Both the position numbers and the translations under genes were made by a program. Of a DNA stretch of 64,000 nt, positions 21,901-29,658 are shown piece after piece. Source of the stretch: Ferruginibacter sp. (GTDB lineage: Bacteria; Bacteroidota; Bacteroidia; Chitinophagales; Chitinophagaceae). Each line of letters starts with the position of its first letter. Within the stretch, counting starts at the first letter, position 1. The DNA is taken from assembly GCA_039921685.1 (NCBI GenBank), contig JBDSBG010000005.1, positions 260 through 64,259 of the forward strand, given 5' to 3'. Below the pieces are notes generated by a model. It was not told where the DNA came from. It saw only the letters and a program-made list of their open reading frames with translations, and searched no databases.

Positions 21901-22240
21901 GGGGGGATACGATGGCAGTGCCTGGTATCTCAATGGGAATGCGGACATGAAAGTAGCAATATGGGGTGGGATCAACGGGGAGGCCGCCGGCTGTAACGAC
22001 TATGTTACAGCTTATTACAGGACCTGTACCTACTGGAAGGTTGATTGTTGTCAGCCGTGTTGGGACGATTGTGACAGGAGGGTGCGTGAGAATGCGGAAA
22101 AGGGATGTTTTTTAAAATGTACTGACGAATCCTGTGTGAACTGGCCTTATGGCGTTGGTTTCAAGGGATGCTTTGGTATGGCAGCAAGCTTTGATTACAG
22201 GCAGGGGCAATCTACCAAAATAAGTTTTAGCAAGTTTTAA
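15953..22240 (+). CDS. Large secreted TANFOR-like protein with FN3 and carboxypeptidase-regulatory-like domains, long beta-rich region and Cys-rich C-terminal tip
   Basis: After the signal peptide, QYPVRVTPQLV..SLYLSDY..LPAGFYDFCFEAVE resembles the TANFOR domain; then FN3 (LSATP..VNLQW..Y..RV) and YTVTGRVVD/ISGTVTN modules; 10 Cys encoded in 21992-22171. Confidence 0.75.
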   Translation: MRKLFKYNGHYLFCVSNSKLKRVFVLLQFLLLFLLKSQAQYPVRVTPQLVGLPSLYLSDYYNPAAPELYIMITNADLQRPLLDVRLRMKIRGAGAVITSKENIQYPSISLPAGLPQRIGPDELAFYFNPSNFNAIGLSQPNKLPAGFYDFCFEAVEIGTGITVGRSECSYTTISLNAPPTLLQPSNNMDVILNDPTNIIFQWSQLFNSLNIANTTEYTFQLVELLDNNISPQDAFLTAQPLYQTTLTNTVLQYGSGEPLLLPGKRYGWRVQARNTADINQAGTYVNNGYSEIFSFTYNERCGAPLSLSATPKPDGKVNLQWQGMPRAVEYMIQYSSAEQPNPAIITAPTNVIQYTITGAVRGELYNYRVGTRCNAGGEIVYSPYDTFRVAIDPVNADAVTGKIVWAFKLSEETADPSADELVSRTKLNDDSLYKAENNTIGNTKYNLQHASVSLTIVYRTNSPWQPNGSTSLTTTTAENGTYNIVIPSQYDGKLLPDATLTISHPSGLFKAFQKAVQLVRTPQGYVLGTDVLSARTLSLKPSVYIPNYNGVAPVSVDVLMAEADWLQYPFMRTAGLGNEDSRCQYNYQSYIVLKTLTDGKEFKKLFYNALPSQNYVIRVNYQDRLAVYYPLNNQCGYINNASSDKVKLLKKSFMFNLDISVEGRITYQGHDQRDVRVKIVINKNDAPSDYYVSPANTSGNEYIFETTSDGWGFYGRSALPPLKTGAIVKISLTDQTIRPEPFWYSVVYDNSEILRKDITIINYLYTVTGRVVDQQGEPVSNASVTLLGSSIPVAPVRTSLRGYYMIKLNNSSTEALDFPRSLEFRVDGFDPVTTTLSLATTDNITTNSGNISPNDWKLAIERKPLFAAVINSFPGGTVTADILGIGTGTLANNFNNYIGYDAELKGVIDAGSSTVQVKKGMLEVKVRLQGNGFLQGNLIKAKVILTGDNDQAFEGETPDDDTYYQKNLLPGRYRLEVQPISGGTMFANYEGEFDIIGNGIRTINVIVQEGAIISGTVTNRATGSPIDSVSINVVGMPYSGMTNAQGKYAFVVPKGLEFDYHFSQKNYNSSDTSFRTYTDLQVNYKLDMRDPNMPQIITMSGFPVQIDKVAAAGFGTYVISGKLTLTKNDIYTPDFGDEKLNFIGVSVKMDSKKQGNAVPLANVAFEEAVISTIAFDITTVEVTGYPQITMKGVKEGNTQNREKGIIGGTSLKAIFGSSVKVILLPIKLKDAEIRSKDPGVIAANQELANQGLKPFAYVYSSPDNPIHALSANQKFNLVFPRDTINSLNTSTGVLTQDRDTAKGHVLISFNFIVDKIFKLYLKDTAEFSKDGFDLAGFVKFNSIISAKMADSGKVKIKKFKIDNEFKVPEFTFELNEAKPWKIGLQKSTVFVQNISILGIGTSNPGVGFGGIWIPTTKEKQDTAIIKTLSVSYTSSGLALAGSFKLTKKGLSVKGIVFKTPGAEDYLSFSLDPSKSSYKIEAAGILDYNKEQSSTTPSSDGGSNEGLKAIFPIEIQKFSLDLGKWNLFLAARANITKDFKVVKISVTNLLISIGYNKTLDEMNTYLTNGEVTENTFAAAGPEDQPLEEANASWAIGINGGLSFPPTFKGMSASGSGSFLIGNVNNKIEVRMNEIEIHIIEPALEVLASVKLGLSADKIGFEAAATIVTIKRTFEAKFKFYKIPSGIILGADLTVAGPFTTGPIVWHSIGGGFDFNTAEQKYTFKITGDAGLAGTTKEVGYLKDATLKLIFDGIDCDGWPVVEFEGTLMMKDKERGKCEAVIDFCKSRFMIKVSTTIPVASGIDVYVTGLFFCIARKINNVETGSMLLGVNANLTSMGDILKGNIRLVLGINYNNNDQYSPQETRDWFNYVDNDAKDYRTKYENAGYGNLVFLNGLYISGTTNVPEQHASFDLTVNTDGGNITLLAGGYDFKASASAQLIYKPPRPLSPKDYFFVRVQLHAEATAYLTVLMISLGGSGTVDAEIQGGYDGSAWYLNGNADMKVAIWGGINGEAAGCNDYVTAYYRTCTYWKVDCCQPCWDDCDRRVRENAEKGCFLKCTDESCVNWPYGVGFKGCFGMAASFDYRQGQSTKISFSKF

Positions 22241-22256
22241 AACTCAGTAACAGCAA

Positions 22257-24374
22257 ATGAAAAAAAATATTACAATCTCGGTTATTTACCTGTTGGCCAG
22301 CCTATCATCATTAAGCCAGAACAGGGACTTCGGAAAACTATTGGTATCCGGCGCTTCTCCAAGAGGCAATTATGTTTTTCTTTTCAATGATCTGGAATTA
22401 CTGGAAAAAGATAAAACATTGTTTGAAAGTACTGCCTATTTCCTTGTAGAGAGGATACTGCATGATAGCATTGCGGACAACATGAAAAAAGCCGGGTTTA
22501 AAAAAATTGCTGAATTAAAACCGGTATCTGATATTAAATCACTCAAGGCATTTTACAGCAGCGACCAGGTAGTAGAAATAAAGAATGTGTTTAAGCTCTC
22601 TTCCGATAAAATGCTGATTGAATATTTTCAAACGCATCACAGGGCAAGTGATTTTCCATTTTTCTACGAGATCGTTGAAACCAGGCAGGCCATGGGCCAT
22701 GTGTTCCTAGATAAGAATGTAAAAGTAGGGGAACACTATATGTACAAGATCACGAGAGTGCTAAAGAATAAAACAACCGAGCCCTGGGGTTATACGCTGG
22801 TGCAATCTAAATCGGGTAATGAACAGTTGGATCAACTGGCACCAAGGGTTACCGCAGTGAAAGGTTATGATAGCTCTGTTACCATTACCTGGAAAATGCC
22901 GGTTCCCAAAAATGCCGCTCCCGGCAGTCAGTCAGAAAAACCACTTCTTTCCCAAAAAAAGAAAAAAATCAGCTATGGCTTCCCGTTAGAACTGGCCAAT
23001 ACAAGGGCAAAAATATTCGTGACGGAAGATGGCAGGTTTAAGGAAGCGAAAAAATTGTTTCCTGTTGTAAATAAAACAAAAGACACGGTTACTTATACTT
23101 TTTCAAAAAGATGCATGCCCGAAGATGCTGTGGCCGCTTATATGGTAACAGAGGATGAAATATACAATGAAGGCCCCGTGTCGGACACTGCATTTGCTTT
23201 TGCCATTGAAGAAAAGTCCATCCCCTTAATACTGGGTGTACGCTCACAAGATATCTTAAATGGCGTTAGGCTTTCCTGGAACCCATTGCCTTCAAAGCCT
23301 TATATAACAGGGATTGAAATAAAAAGATACAGCGATGATAAAACGCTTGATTCAGTGGCAACACTACCGCCTACAGATACCAGTTTTATAGATTACAACA
23401 TGGCCGTGGGCGTTAACTACAGGTACCAGGTGAAAGCCTTGTTCCTTCCCGCTATTGGCATAGAACAAAAAATGCCGGCACAAACTGCCGGAACCTATAC
23501 TAAATTTTCAAGGCCCCTGCCAGCTTTTAACCTTGTTGCAGAAGTTTCAAAAAATAACATTCAACTCAAATGGGATGCGGTGGATGAGACTTCGCTCTAT
23601 GGGTATTATGTTTACAGGGGTACATCGCCGAGGAGTTTCGATCTTATTGCAGGTCCAATAAAAATCAAAAGCTACCTGGATAGCGCTGCTTCATTAAGTG
23701 GACGGACAGCTTACTATTACAAAGTGCTTACCCAAAACCTTCGCCAGGATACCAGTGAATATTCACCGGTTGTTCGGATTGTGCCCGAAAGAGCGATCGA
23801 AATTACACAGCCAGACAATCTTGATTTTTATTATGTCAACGGTGTTGTACGCATTTCCTGGAATGATGTGCGTACAAATGACAACGCTATTGAAAAATTC
23901 CTCTTGCAAAAAAGAGCAAAAGGAGAAAAAGATTTTATTACCCTAACAGCAAAACCGGTAAACCAGAACTATGTCGATGATTCACTGATTACCGAAGGAG
24001 TGGAGTATGAATACAGGGTGGCCTCGGTAAGTTTCAAAGGAGATGTAAGTGGCTATGGCAATGCAGCAGGCTATATACTACCTAAACGTGATTTGATGCC
24101 GATGAAAATATTTTATGTACGCAATACTACAGAAGGAATAACCATAACATGGCCACAGGTATTAATGGGAAGAAAATCCTATAATATCTACAGGCGGGAA
24201 GCATCAGAAGAAAAATTTATAAAAATTAAAACCGTGCCGGCAGATACTTTTTCCTTTGTTGACAAAACGGCTGCAGCGAATACCATTTATGTTTACTCAC
24301 TCACCGCTTCAGAAACAGACGATCGGGAATCAGCGAGAATTAAATCTATTTCAATCAGGAGAACAATTAAATAA
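22257..24374 (+). CDS. Secreted fibronectin type III repeat protein
   Basis: Signal peptide; repeated W...Y.(I/V)YR...(Y/F).D...Y.Y.V FN3 signatures; no sorting domain. Confidence 0.8.
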   Translation: MKKNITISVIYLLASLSSLSQNRDFGKLLVSGASPRGNYVFLFNDLELLEKDKTLFESTAYFLVERILHDSIADNMKKAGFKKIAELKPVSDIKSLKAFYSSDQVVEIKNVFKLSSDKMLIEYFQTHHRASDFPFFYEIVETRQAMGHVFLDKNVKVGEHYMYKITRVLKNKTTEPWGYTLVQSKSGNEQLDQLAPRVTAVKGYDSSVTITWKMPVPKNAAPGSQSEKPLLSQKKKKISYGFPLELANTRAKIFVTEDGRFKEAKKLFPVVNKTKDTVTYTFSKRCMPEDAVAAYMVTEDEIYNEGPVSDTAFAFAIEEKSIPLILGVRSQDILNGVRLSWNPLPSKPYITGIEIKRYSDDKTLDSVATLPPTDTSFIDYNMAVGVNYRYQVKALFLPAIGIEQKMPAQTAGTYTKFSRPLPAFNLVAEVSKNNIQLKWDAVDETSLYGYYVYRGTSPRSFDLIAGPIKIKSYLDSAASLSGRTAYYYKVLTQNLRQDTSEYSPVVRIVPERAIEITQPDNLDFYYVNGVVRISWNDVRTNDNAIEKFLLQKRAKGEKDFITLTAKPVNQNYVDDSLITEGVEYEYRVASVSFKGDVSGYGNAAGYILPKRDLMPMKIFYVRNTTEGITITWPQVLMGRKSYNIYRREASEEKFIKIKTVPADTFSFVDKTAAANTIYVYSLTASETDDRESARIKSISIRRTIK

Positions 24375-24376
24375 AA

Positions 24377-25717
24377 ATGAAAAGAAACCCTTTTGCTCTA
24401 TTGATCACAGCCCTTTTGTTTTTTTCCTGCAGCAAGGAAGTAAAGATCCCTGTACTGATCGATTTTACTGCTGAAAAAGAAACAGCAAGTAATACTGTGC
24501 CGGTGAATGTGATCATCACCAATAATACCACCGGGGCTACCAGTTATAAATGGAGTTTTGAAGGCGGGGAACCCTATATTTCCACAAAAAAGCATCCCGG
24601 TATAATTGCATTCAATTTAGCGGGCCAACATATCATAAAACTCGAAGCCTCCAATGAGTTTGAAACACAAATCAAAGAGTATAGCATCAATCTCGATAGT
24701 GCCGTAACAATTGATTTTAATGCTGATATTCTCATCAATAACTTTTCGCCTGTTACTGTTCACGTCGAAAATCTAACTACGGGTGCCACTGGATTTTCCT
24801 GGACATTCGACGGGGGCACTCCCGCCAGCTCTGGTCTTCAACAACCAGGAGATGTGAATTTTACAAGTGCCGGCGATCACAATATTACACTAACGGTAAG
24901 CAATGGAGGAAGTTCTTTCACCACTATCAAAACGATTACGGTTGCCCCGCCTCTTGCAGCAGATTTTGAAATAATTCCCTCTTTTGAGGACGATGATTAT
25001 CAGGCTCCCTTAACAGCACAATTGCACAATTCTACCATCAGTGGTACTACCTGGCAGTGGACAAGCAACGGCGGGGTGATTAGTGATGCTACTGCAGAAA
25101 ATCCATCGATTAATTTTGCCGGCCCGGGCTCCTATATAGTTACACTCACTGCAGACAACAGTAAAAACACAGAGGTAGTCACCAAAAATATTATTGTACT
25201 TCCCAATACCAGTTTAAGGACAATTACTGACGTGAGGTTTGGGATCCTTGCAGCGCACGGAAGTGTTGGAAGTTTATACGCTACGCGATTGAGAACAAAT
25301 TTTACCGCAGCAGATAACCTTGATACCTCCGGGGCATGGATAGACCTTGCTTTCTTTGGTTTTGATGCAGGCTTTTCCTATAACAAATTCATTTCGCCCG
25401 ACTCTGTTCAAAACTATGGTTTCGATGCAATTCCGCAGGCACAACATACGATACTGATTAATTCACAGGAGACCTGTGGATGCGGACCGGTATTTACGGA
25501 TGCAGATTTCGATAACATGGCAGATGTAACGCCCCTGCTGTCGCTAAGCATTTTTACTACACCGGGTGGTTTGAGTCCGTTCTCCAATGGCCTGACGAAC
25601 CGGGTGGTTTTATTTCAAACAGCAGATGGCAGGCGTGGCGCTATAAAAATTAAAAGCTTTGTAGCAGCAGGAGCCAATTCATATATCCTTACGGATATCA
25701 AGGTTCAAAAAAACTAA
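24377..25717 (+). CDS. PKD-domain lipoprotein
   Basis: Lipobox LFFSC; three PKD repeats with W.F.GG.P..S / FT.AG.H.ITLTV motifs. Confidence 0.8.
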   Translation: MKRNPFALLITALLFFSCSKEVKIPVLIDFTAEKETASNTVPVNVIITNNTTGATSYKWSFEGGEPYISTKKHPGIIAFNLAGQHIIKLEASNEFETQIKEYSINLDSAVTIDFNADILINNFSPVTVHVENLTTGATGFSWTFDGGTPASSGLQQPGDVNFTSAGDHNITLTVSNGGSSFTTIKTITVAPPLAADFEIIPSFEDDDYQAPLTAQLHNSTISGTTWQWTSNGGVISDATAENPSINFAGPGSYIVTLTADNSKNTEVVTKNIIVLPNTSLRTITDVRFGILAAHGSVGSLYATRLRTNFTAADNLDTSGAWIDLAFFGFDAGFSYNKFISPDSVQNYGFDAIPQAQHTILINSQETCGCGPVFTDADFDNMADVTPLLSLSIFTTPGGLSPFSNGLTNRVVLFQTADGRRGAIKIKSFVAAGANSYILTDIKVQKN

Positions 25718-25756
25718 AGATTCGTATTGGCTGATTCATTTTTAAAAATTAAAACA

Positions 25757-27478
25757 ATGGCCCGAATACAAACCCGGTTCACAAAAGTGCTCATCGCAAC
25801 TGCATTGATGCATCCCAGCATTGTTGCCGCACAAAAAACCATTGATCTTGAAAAGGGTCTAAAGAAAAGCTGGAAATTATCGGGTGGACTTTCGGCAAAT
25901 ACTATTTTTTATAATGGCAATGGTGGGAGTGGCAGGGATCCGTTTACTTATTATTTACTGGGTAATCTTAATCTTAATATAGCCGGGTTGATTGATCTTC
26001 CCTTTTCTTTTAACATCAATAATATCGGTCACCAGTTCAATTATCCCAAGTCACCACAACGGTTGAGCGTAAGTCCCAAATATAAATGGATCACTGCCCA
26101 TATCGGTGATATCAGCATGAACTTCTCTCCTTATACATTGAATGGTTACCAGTTCAGGGGAATTGGAATAGACCTTGATCCCAAAGGAAAATTCAAATTT
26201 AACGTGATGGGTGGCCGGCTTCAGAAAGCGGTGGAATATGATAGCACCAACCGGGTTATACCGGTGGCGTATAGCCGCTTTGGATATGGAGCCAAAATTG
26301 AATTCAAAAAAGAAAAATACACGCTTGGCTTCATTGCTTTTGCAGCGAAGGACAATGCAAATTCGCTTAAAGACAAACCCGATAGCCTGAAGATATTCCC
26401 ACAACAAAATCTTGTTTTAAGCGGCATAGTCAACTATATGCCAGCTAAGAATATTGAACTCTATGGCGAGTATGCAGGCAGCGCTTTAACAAGAGACCTG
26501 CGTGATACTACGGTTACCGACTACCAGGGAAACAGCAGTCTTAAATATCTTTTTGATACAAAAAACTCCACTTCGATTTACAACGCAATAAAAGCAGGGT
26601 TAAAATATTCTTATAAAAACAGCAGGATTGGTGTGGGCTATGAAAGGATAGACCCGGGTTACCAAACCATGGGATCTTACTATTTCAATAATGATCTTGA
26701 AAATATTACCATAGATATTTTTCAGCCGTTTCTTAAGGGGAAAGGAAATATCAATGCCAACCTCGGCTTTCAAAAAGATAACCTGGATGGGCAAAAGCTC
26801 AGTTCAACCAAAAGAGCGGTTAGTTCTTTTACTGCCAGTTACGCACCCAACCAGAAATTCTATGTAACAGCGGGTTATTCAAATTTTACCACCTTTCAGC
26901 GGGTGAATCCATTGTTTCAATCTATCAATCAAACCACGCAGTTCCAGGATACCGAGTTGCAGGACTTTTCACAGGTATCAAAAAATGCGAACCTGAATGT
27001 GAATTATATGTTTAAGAAAACGGCTAAAACCTCTAATACCATCAATCTGCTACTGAGTTTTTTAGATGCAGCCGACAGGCAGGGGGGGATCGTAAAATTT
27101 GGAAACGGCTCGCAGTTCTACAATGCAACCGCATCGTATACACTGACATTGGCTCCTAAAAATACGAGAATTACGACAGCATTTAATTATTGTCATAACA
27201 CCGTTGCTAAAAATGATTTCACTATCATGGGGCCAACTGTTTCCATCAATTCTAAATTATCTAAAACACTTTCGGGTAACCTCGTTGCTTCTTACAATAC
27301 AACTATCAGCGGAACATCAAAAGAGAATAACATTTTCAATACACGCCTTGGCCTTAATTATAACTATGGAAAAAAACATACCCTAGCCCTGAGTTTGCTT
27401 AATCAATTACGCGATGTGAAGGACAAGAAACAAACAAACGACCTGGTTGCAACATTTGGGTATAACTACGTTTTTTAA
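25757..27478 (+). CDS. Outer-membrane beta-barrel protein
   Basis: Signal peptide, alternating amphipathic strands and C-terminal aromatic (GYNYVF); SPKYKW..H.GD..M.FSPYTL.G motif. Start set at MARIQ. Confidence 0.75.
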   Translation: MARIQTRFTKVLIATALMHPSIVAAQKTIDLEKGLKKSWKLSGGLSANTIFYNGNGGSGRDPFTYYLLGNLNLNIAGLIDLPFSFNINNIGHQFNYPKSPQRLSVSPKYKWITAHIGDISMNFSPYTLNGYQFRGIGIDLDPKGKFKFNVMGGRLQKAVEYDSTNRVIPVAYSRFGYGAKIEFKKEKYTLGFIAFAAKDNANSLKDKPDSLKIFPQQNLVLSGIVNYMPAKNIELYGEYAGSALTRDLRDTTVTDYQGNSSLKYLFDTKNSTSIYNAIKAGLKYSYKNSRIGVGYERIDPGYQTMGSYYFNNDLENITIDIFQPFLKGKGNINANLGFQKDNLDGQKLSSTKRAVSSFTASYAPNQKFYVTAGYSNFTTFQRVNPLFQSINQTTQFQDTELQDFSQVSKNANLNVNYMFKKTAKTSNTINLLLSFLDAADRQGGIVKFGNGSQFYNATASYTLTLAPKNTRITTAFNYCHNTVAKNDFTIMGPTVSINSKLSKTLSGNLVASYNTTISGTSKENNIFNTRLGLNYNYGKKHTLALSLLNQLRDVKDKKQTNDLVATFGYNYVF

Positions 27479-27725
27479 AAGGTAGGGGGAACAGTTATTT
27501 GGCCCTTTTTTAAATTTTTCAGTCTGCGGCTGCTGTCGAACCTATGTTTTGCCTTTCACAATACAAGTAGGTACAGTCCATTGAACAGACGTTGCATTTG
27601 CGGGCATGACCGCCAGCGTATAGCTATGAACACAGCAAGCCTGCAACAAATCCCTAAATTTGTACCCGCTATACTTGTACCCAAATAAAATGGGTACAAC
27701 CGCTATTGATACAAAATCAAAAAAT

Positions 27726-28262
27726 ATGAACTACTTAGTCAGGTTGCGCAAAAATTCAGGCCTCAGCCAGAAAGAAGTTGCTGATTATATCTGCGTTTCA
27801 AGAAGTCTTGTCAACCTGGCAGAGAAAGCCTTACGGGAATTGCCAAAAGAGGCAAAGGCGAAGCTTGCCGATCTGGAAGACCTGGTAAATGCGCCTGACT
27901 TTAACAAGAAACCCGTGAAGGAAACTTTCGATGACGAAGGAGTTCAGGAATTTAAAGAATATCACCAACTAAAGATGCGGGGCTATTTATTTAAGGCAGA
28001 AGGATTGCGTCTACGATTGAAGGTTATGGTTGAAGCTCAGCAAAAGGCAGCTTTAAAGTTTAAGTTGGTGAATGGATTGTCAAACAGCAACACTAAAAAC
28101 AGTAAAAACAAGATGCACGCTATTTGGACTAAAAACCATGAATTGCAAAGCGGTAGCAAATTAAAAAAATCCATTCCCGCTATACGGATGCTTACTTACG
28201 ATATTGAAGTGCTGATGGGATATGCAGCTGTTCATGAAAAAATATTAAAAAAGATATTTTAG
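27726..28262 (+). CDS. XRE-family HTH protein with helical C-terminal extension
   Basis: LVRLRKNSGLSQKEVADYICVSRSLVNLAEK HTH; start set at MNYL. Confidence 0.75.
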   Translation: MNYLVRLRKNSGLSQKEVADYICVSRSLVNLAEKALRELPKEAKAKLADLEDLVNAPDFNKKPVKETFDDEGVQEFKEYHQLKMRGYLFKAEGLRLRLKVMVEAQQKAALKFKLVNGLSNSNTKNSKNKMHAIWTKNHELQSGSKLKKSIPAIRMLTYDIEVLMGYAAVHEKILKKIF

Positions 28263-28479
28263 TTGGATTTCCGGGTAGGGCAATAAAAAAATTGGAAATT
28301 ATTTCTTCATTCATCATTGGGCTTTAATGTCGTGGGACAGAAGCCCGGATTTAGGATAAAATGTTTTGTATGAAAATCGTAGGGAGTTCGGTTATTTATT
28401 CGCCAGCATAATAATCCCTATGTTGATCAATGCTATCATTCGCAACGATGCGAATAAAAAAAATCAATCAGGAATAAGA

Positions 28480-28998
28480 TTATTTTTTTAGAACCTCTTT
28501 GGCAAGCAGGATCAAAGATTCTTTGCGTTGAAACCCAGTGATCTTCTTTATCAATTTACCATCAACATCAATGAAAAGTAAGGTTGGAGTGCTGTTCATG
28601 TTATATGCCGCTTCTAAGTTTTTACCTGCAACGGAGTCAACATTTACTTTGGCATTAATGAAATTTTCATTGAAAAGAATTCCTACAGCAGGGTCAGGAA
28701 AAACATCTTTTTCCATTTTTTTGCACAAAGAGCAATAATTGGCATAAGTCACCACAAACATTGGTTTATTCTCCTGCCTTGCCTGCTTTGCTAACACGGC
28801 TGAATCATAATTAGAAAATCTTACTCCATCCTTACTGGTAAAATCCAATTCCCTTGAGGGAAGTAGTCCGCATGAATGTAAAGAGAGCACGATTGTCAAC
28901 GAGATGAATAGAGAGAGGGCCGTGCAATTCTTTTTTGAATGAAGCATATTTATTTGTTTGTCCCTGTCACAGGATGTTAATTGCTTTATGATAACCAT
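28480..28998 (-). CDS. Thioredoxin-family lipoprotein
   Basis: YCSLCKKME CxxC motif, TPTLLFID cis-Pro loop, lipobox LHSC; the true start may be 28947. Confidence 0.8.
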   Translation of the reverse strand: MVIIKQLTSCDRDKQINMLHSKKNCTALSLFISLTIVLSLHSCGLLPSRELDFTSKDGVRFSNYDSAVLAKQARQENKPMFVVTYANYCSLCKKMEKDVFPDPAVGILFNENFINAKVNVDSVAGKNLEAAYNMNSTPTLLFIDVDGKLIKKITGFQRKESLILLAKEVLKK

Positions 28999-29304
28999 GC
29001 AAACTAAACCAATAAAACTATTATACTCCTTGGTTCGTGTAAAGTAAACTTAATGCAATGATCCTTCTTGCCAATTCTTTACAGAATTTCCTGGATCAAA
29101 TATTTAAATTTCATATCCAGTGGTTTCGAAACATTGATCATGTTTTGAATCAATTTGTAAGCTTAGACGCATGGTTGAGGCCCATTCAAATCAGCAAAAG
29201 TAGAACCACTTTTGTCTTGTCCGTTTCTGACATCTCATTGTCTTTCCTGCCGATCACGACCGATATAGATTTGCATTCTTAACAATCAAATAAAATATAG
29301 AAAA

Positions 29305-29601
29305 ATGAAAACAATTTTATTCGCCATCCAGGCATTATTCATCATTGCCTTGCTGCCAGTTTGCGCCGTGCTGGAATTGAACCACGGAACCAGGACAACG
29401 GTTCAACTGGAAGCCCCGCAACAAACTGTTGAAATTATGGAGAACCCAGGGCTGGACCTGGATGCTTCAATTATTTCTTATCCCATCACTGCAATCAGTT
29501 TCAGGCAAGGAACTGTGAAACCGAAAAAAAAATCTTCTGATAAATGTTGCAGTTGCAAAGATTGTGCATGTGGCAACAGTTGTAAATGCGCCGAGTTCTA
29601 A
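29305..29601 (+). CDS. Small signal-anchored protein with metallothionein-like C-terminal Cys cluster
   Basis: Hydrophobic N-terminus MKTILFAIQALFIIALLPVCAVL; C-terminal CCSCKDCACGNSCKC; AT-rich Bacteroidota-type leader before the ATG. Confidence 0.7.
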   Translation: MKTILFAIQALFIIALLPVCAVLELNHGTRTTVQLEAPQQTVEIMENPGLDLDASIISYPITAISFRQGTVKPKKKSSDKCCSCKDCACGNSCKCAEF

Positions 29602-29658
29602 CTAACCTTCAATTATTATTGAACAGGGTTTTATTCACTTGTAAATTTTAATCAAAAA

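Noticed and set aside
29058-29282. 74-aa ORF between the thioredoxin and the Cys-tail gene
   Set aside because: No motif, and it lies in a divergent promoter region; likely spurious.
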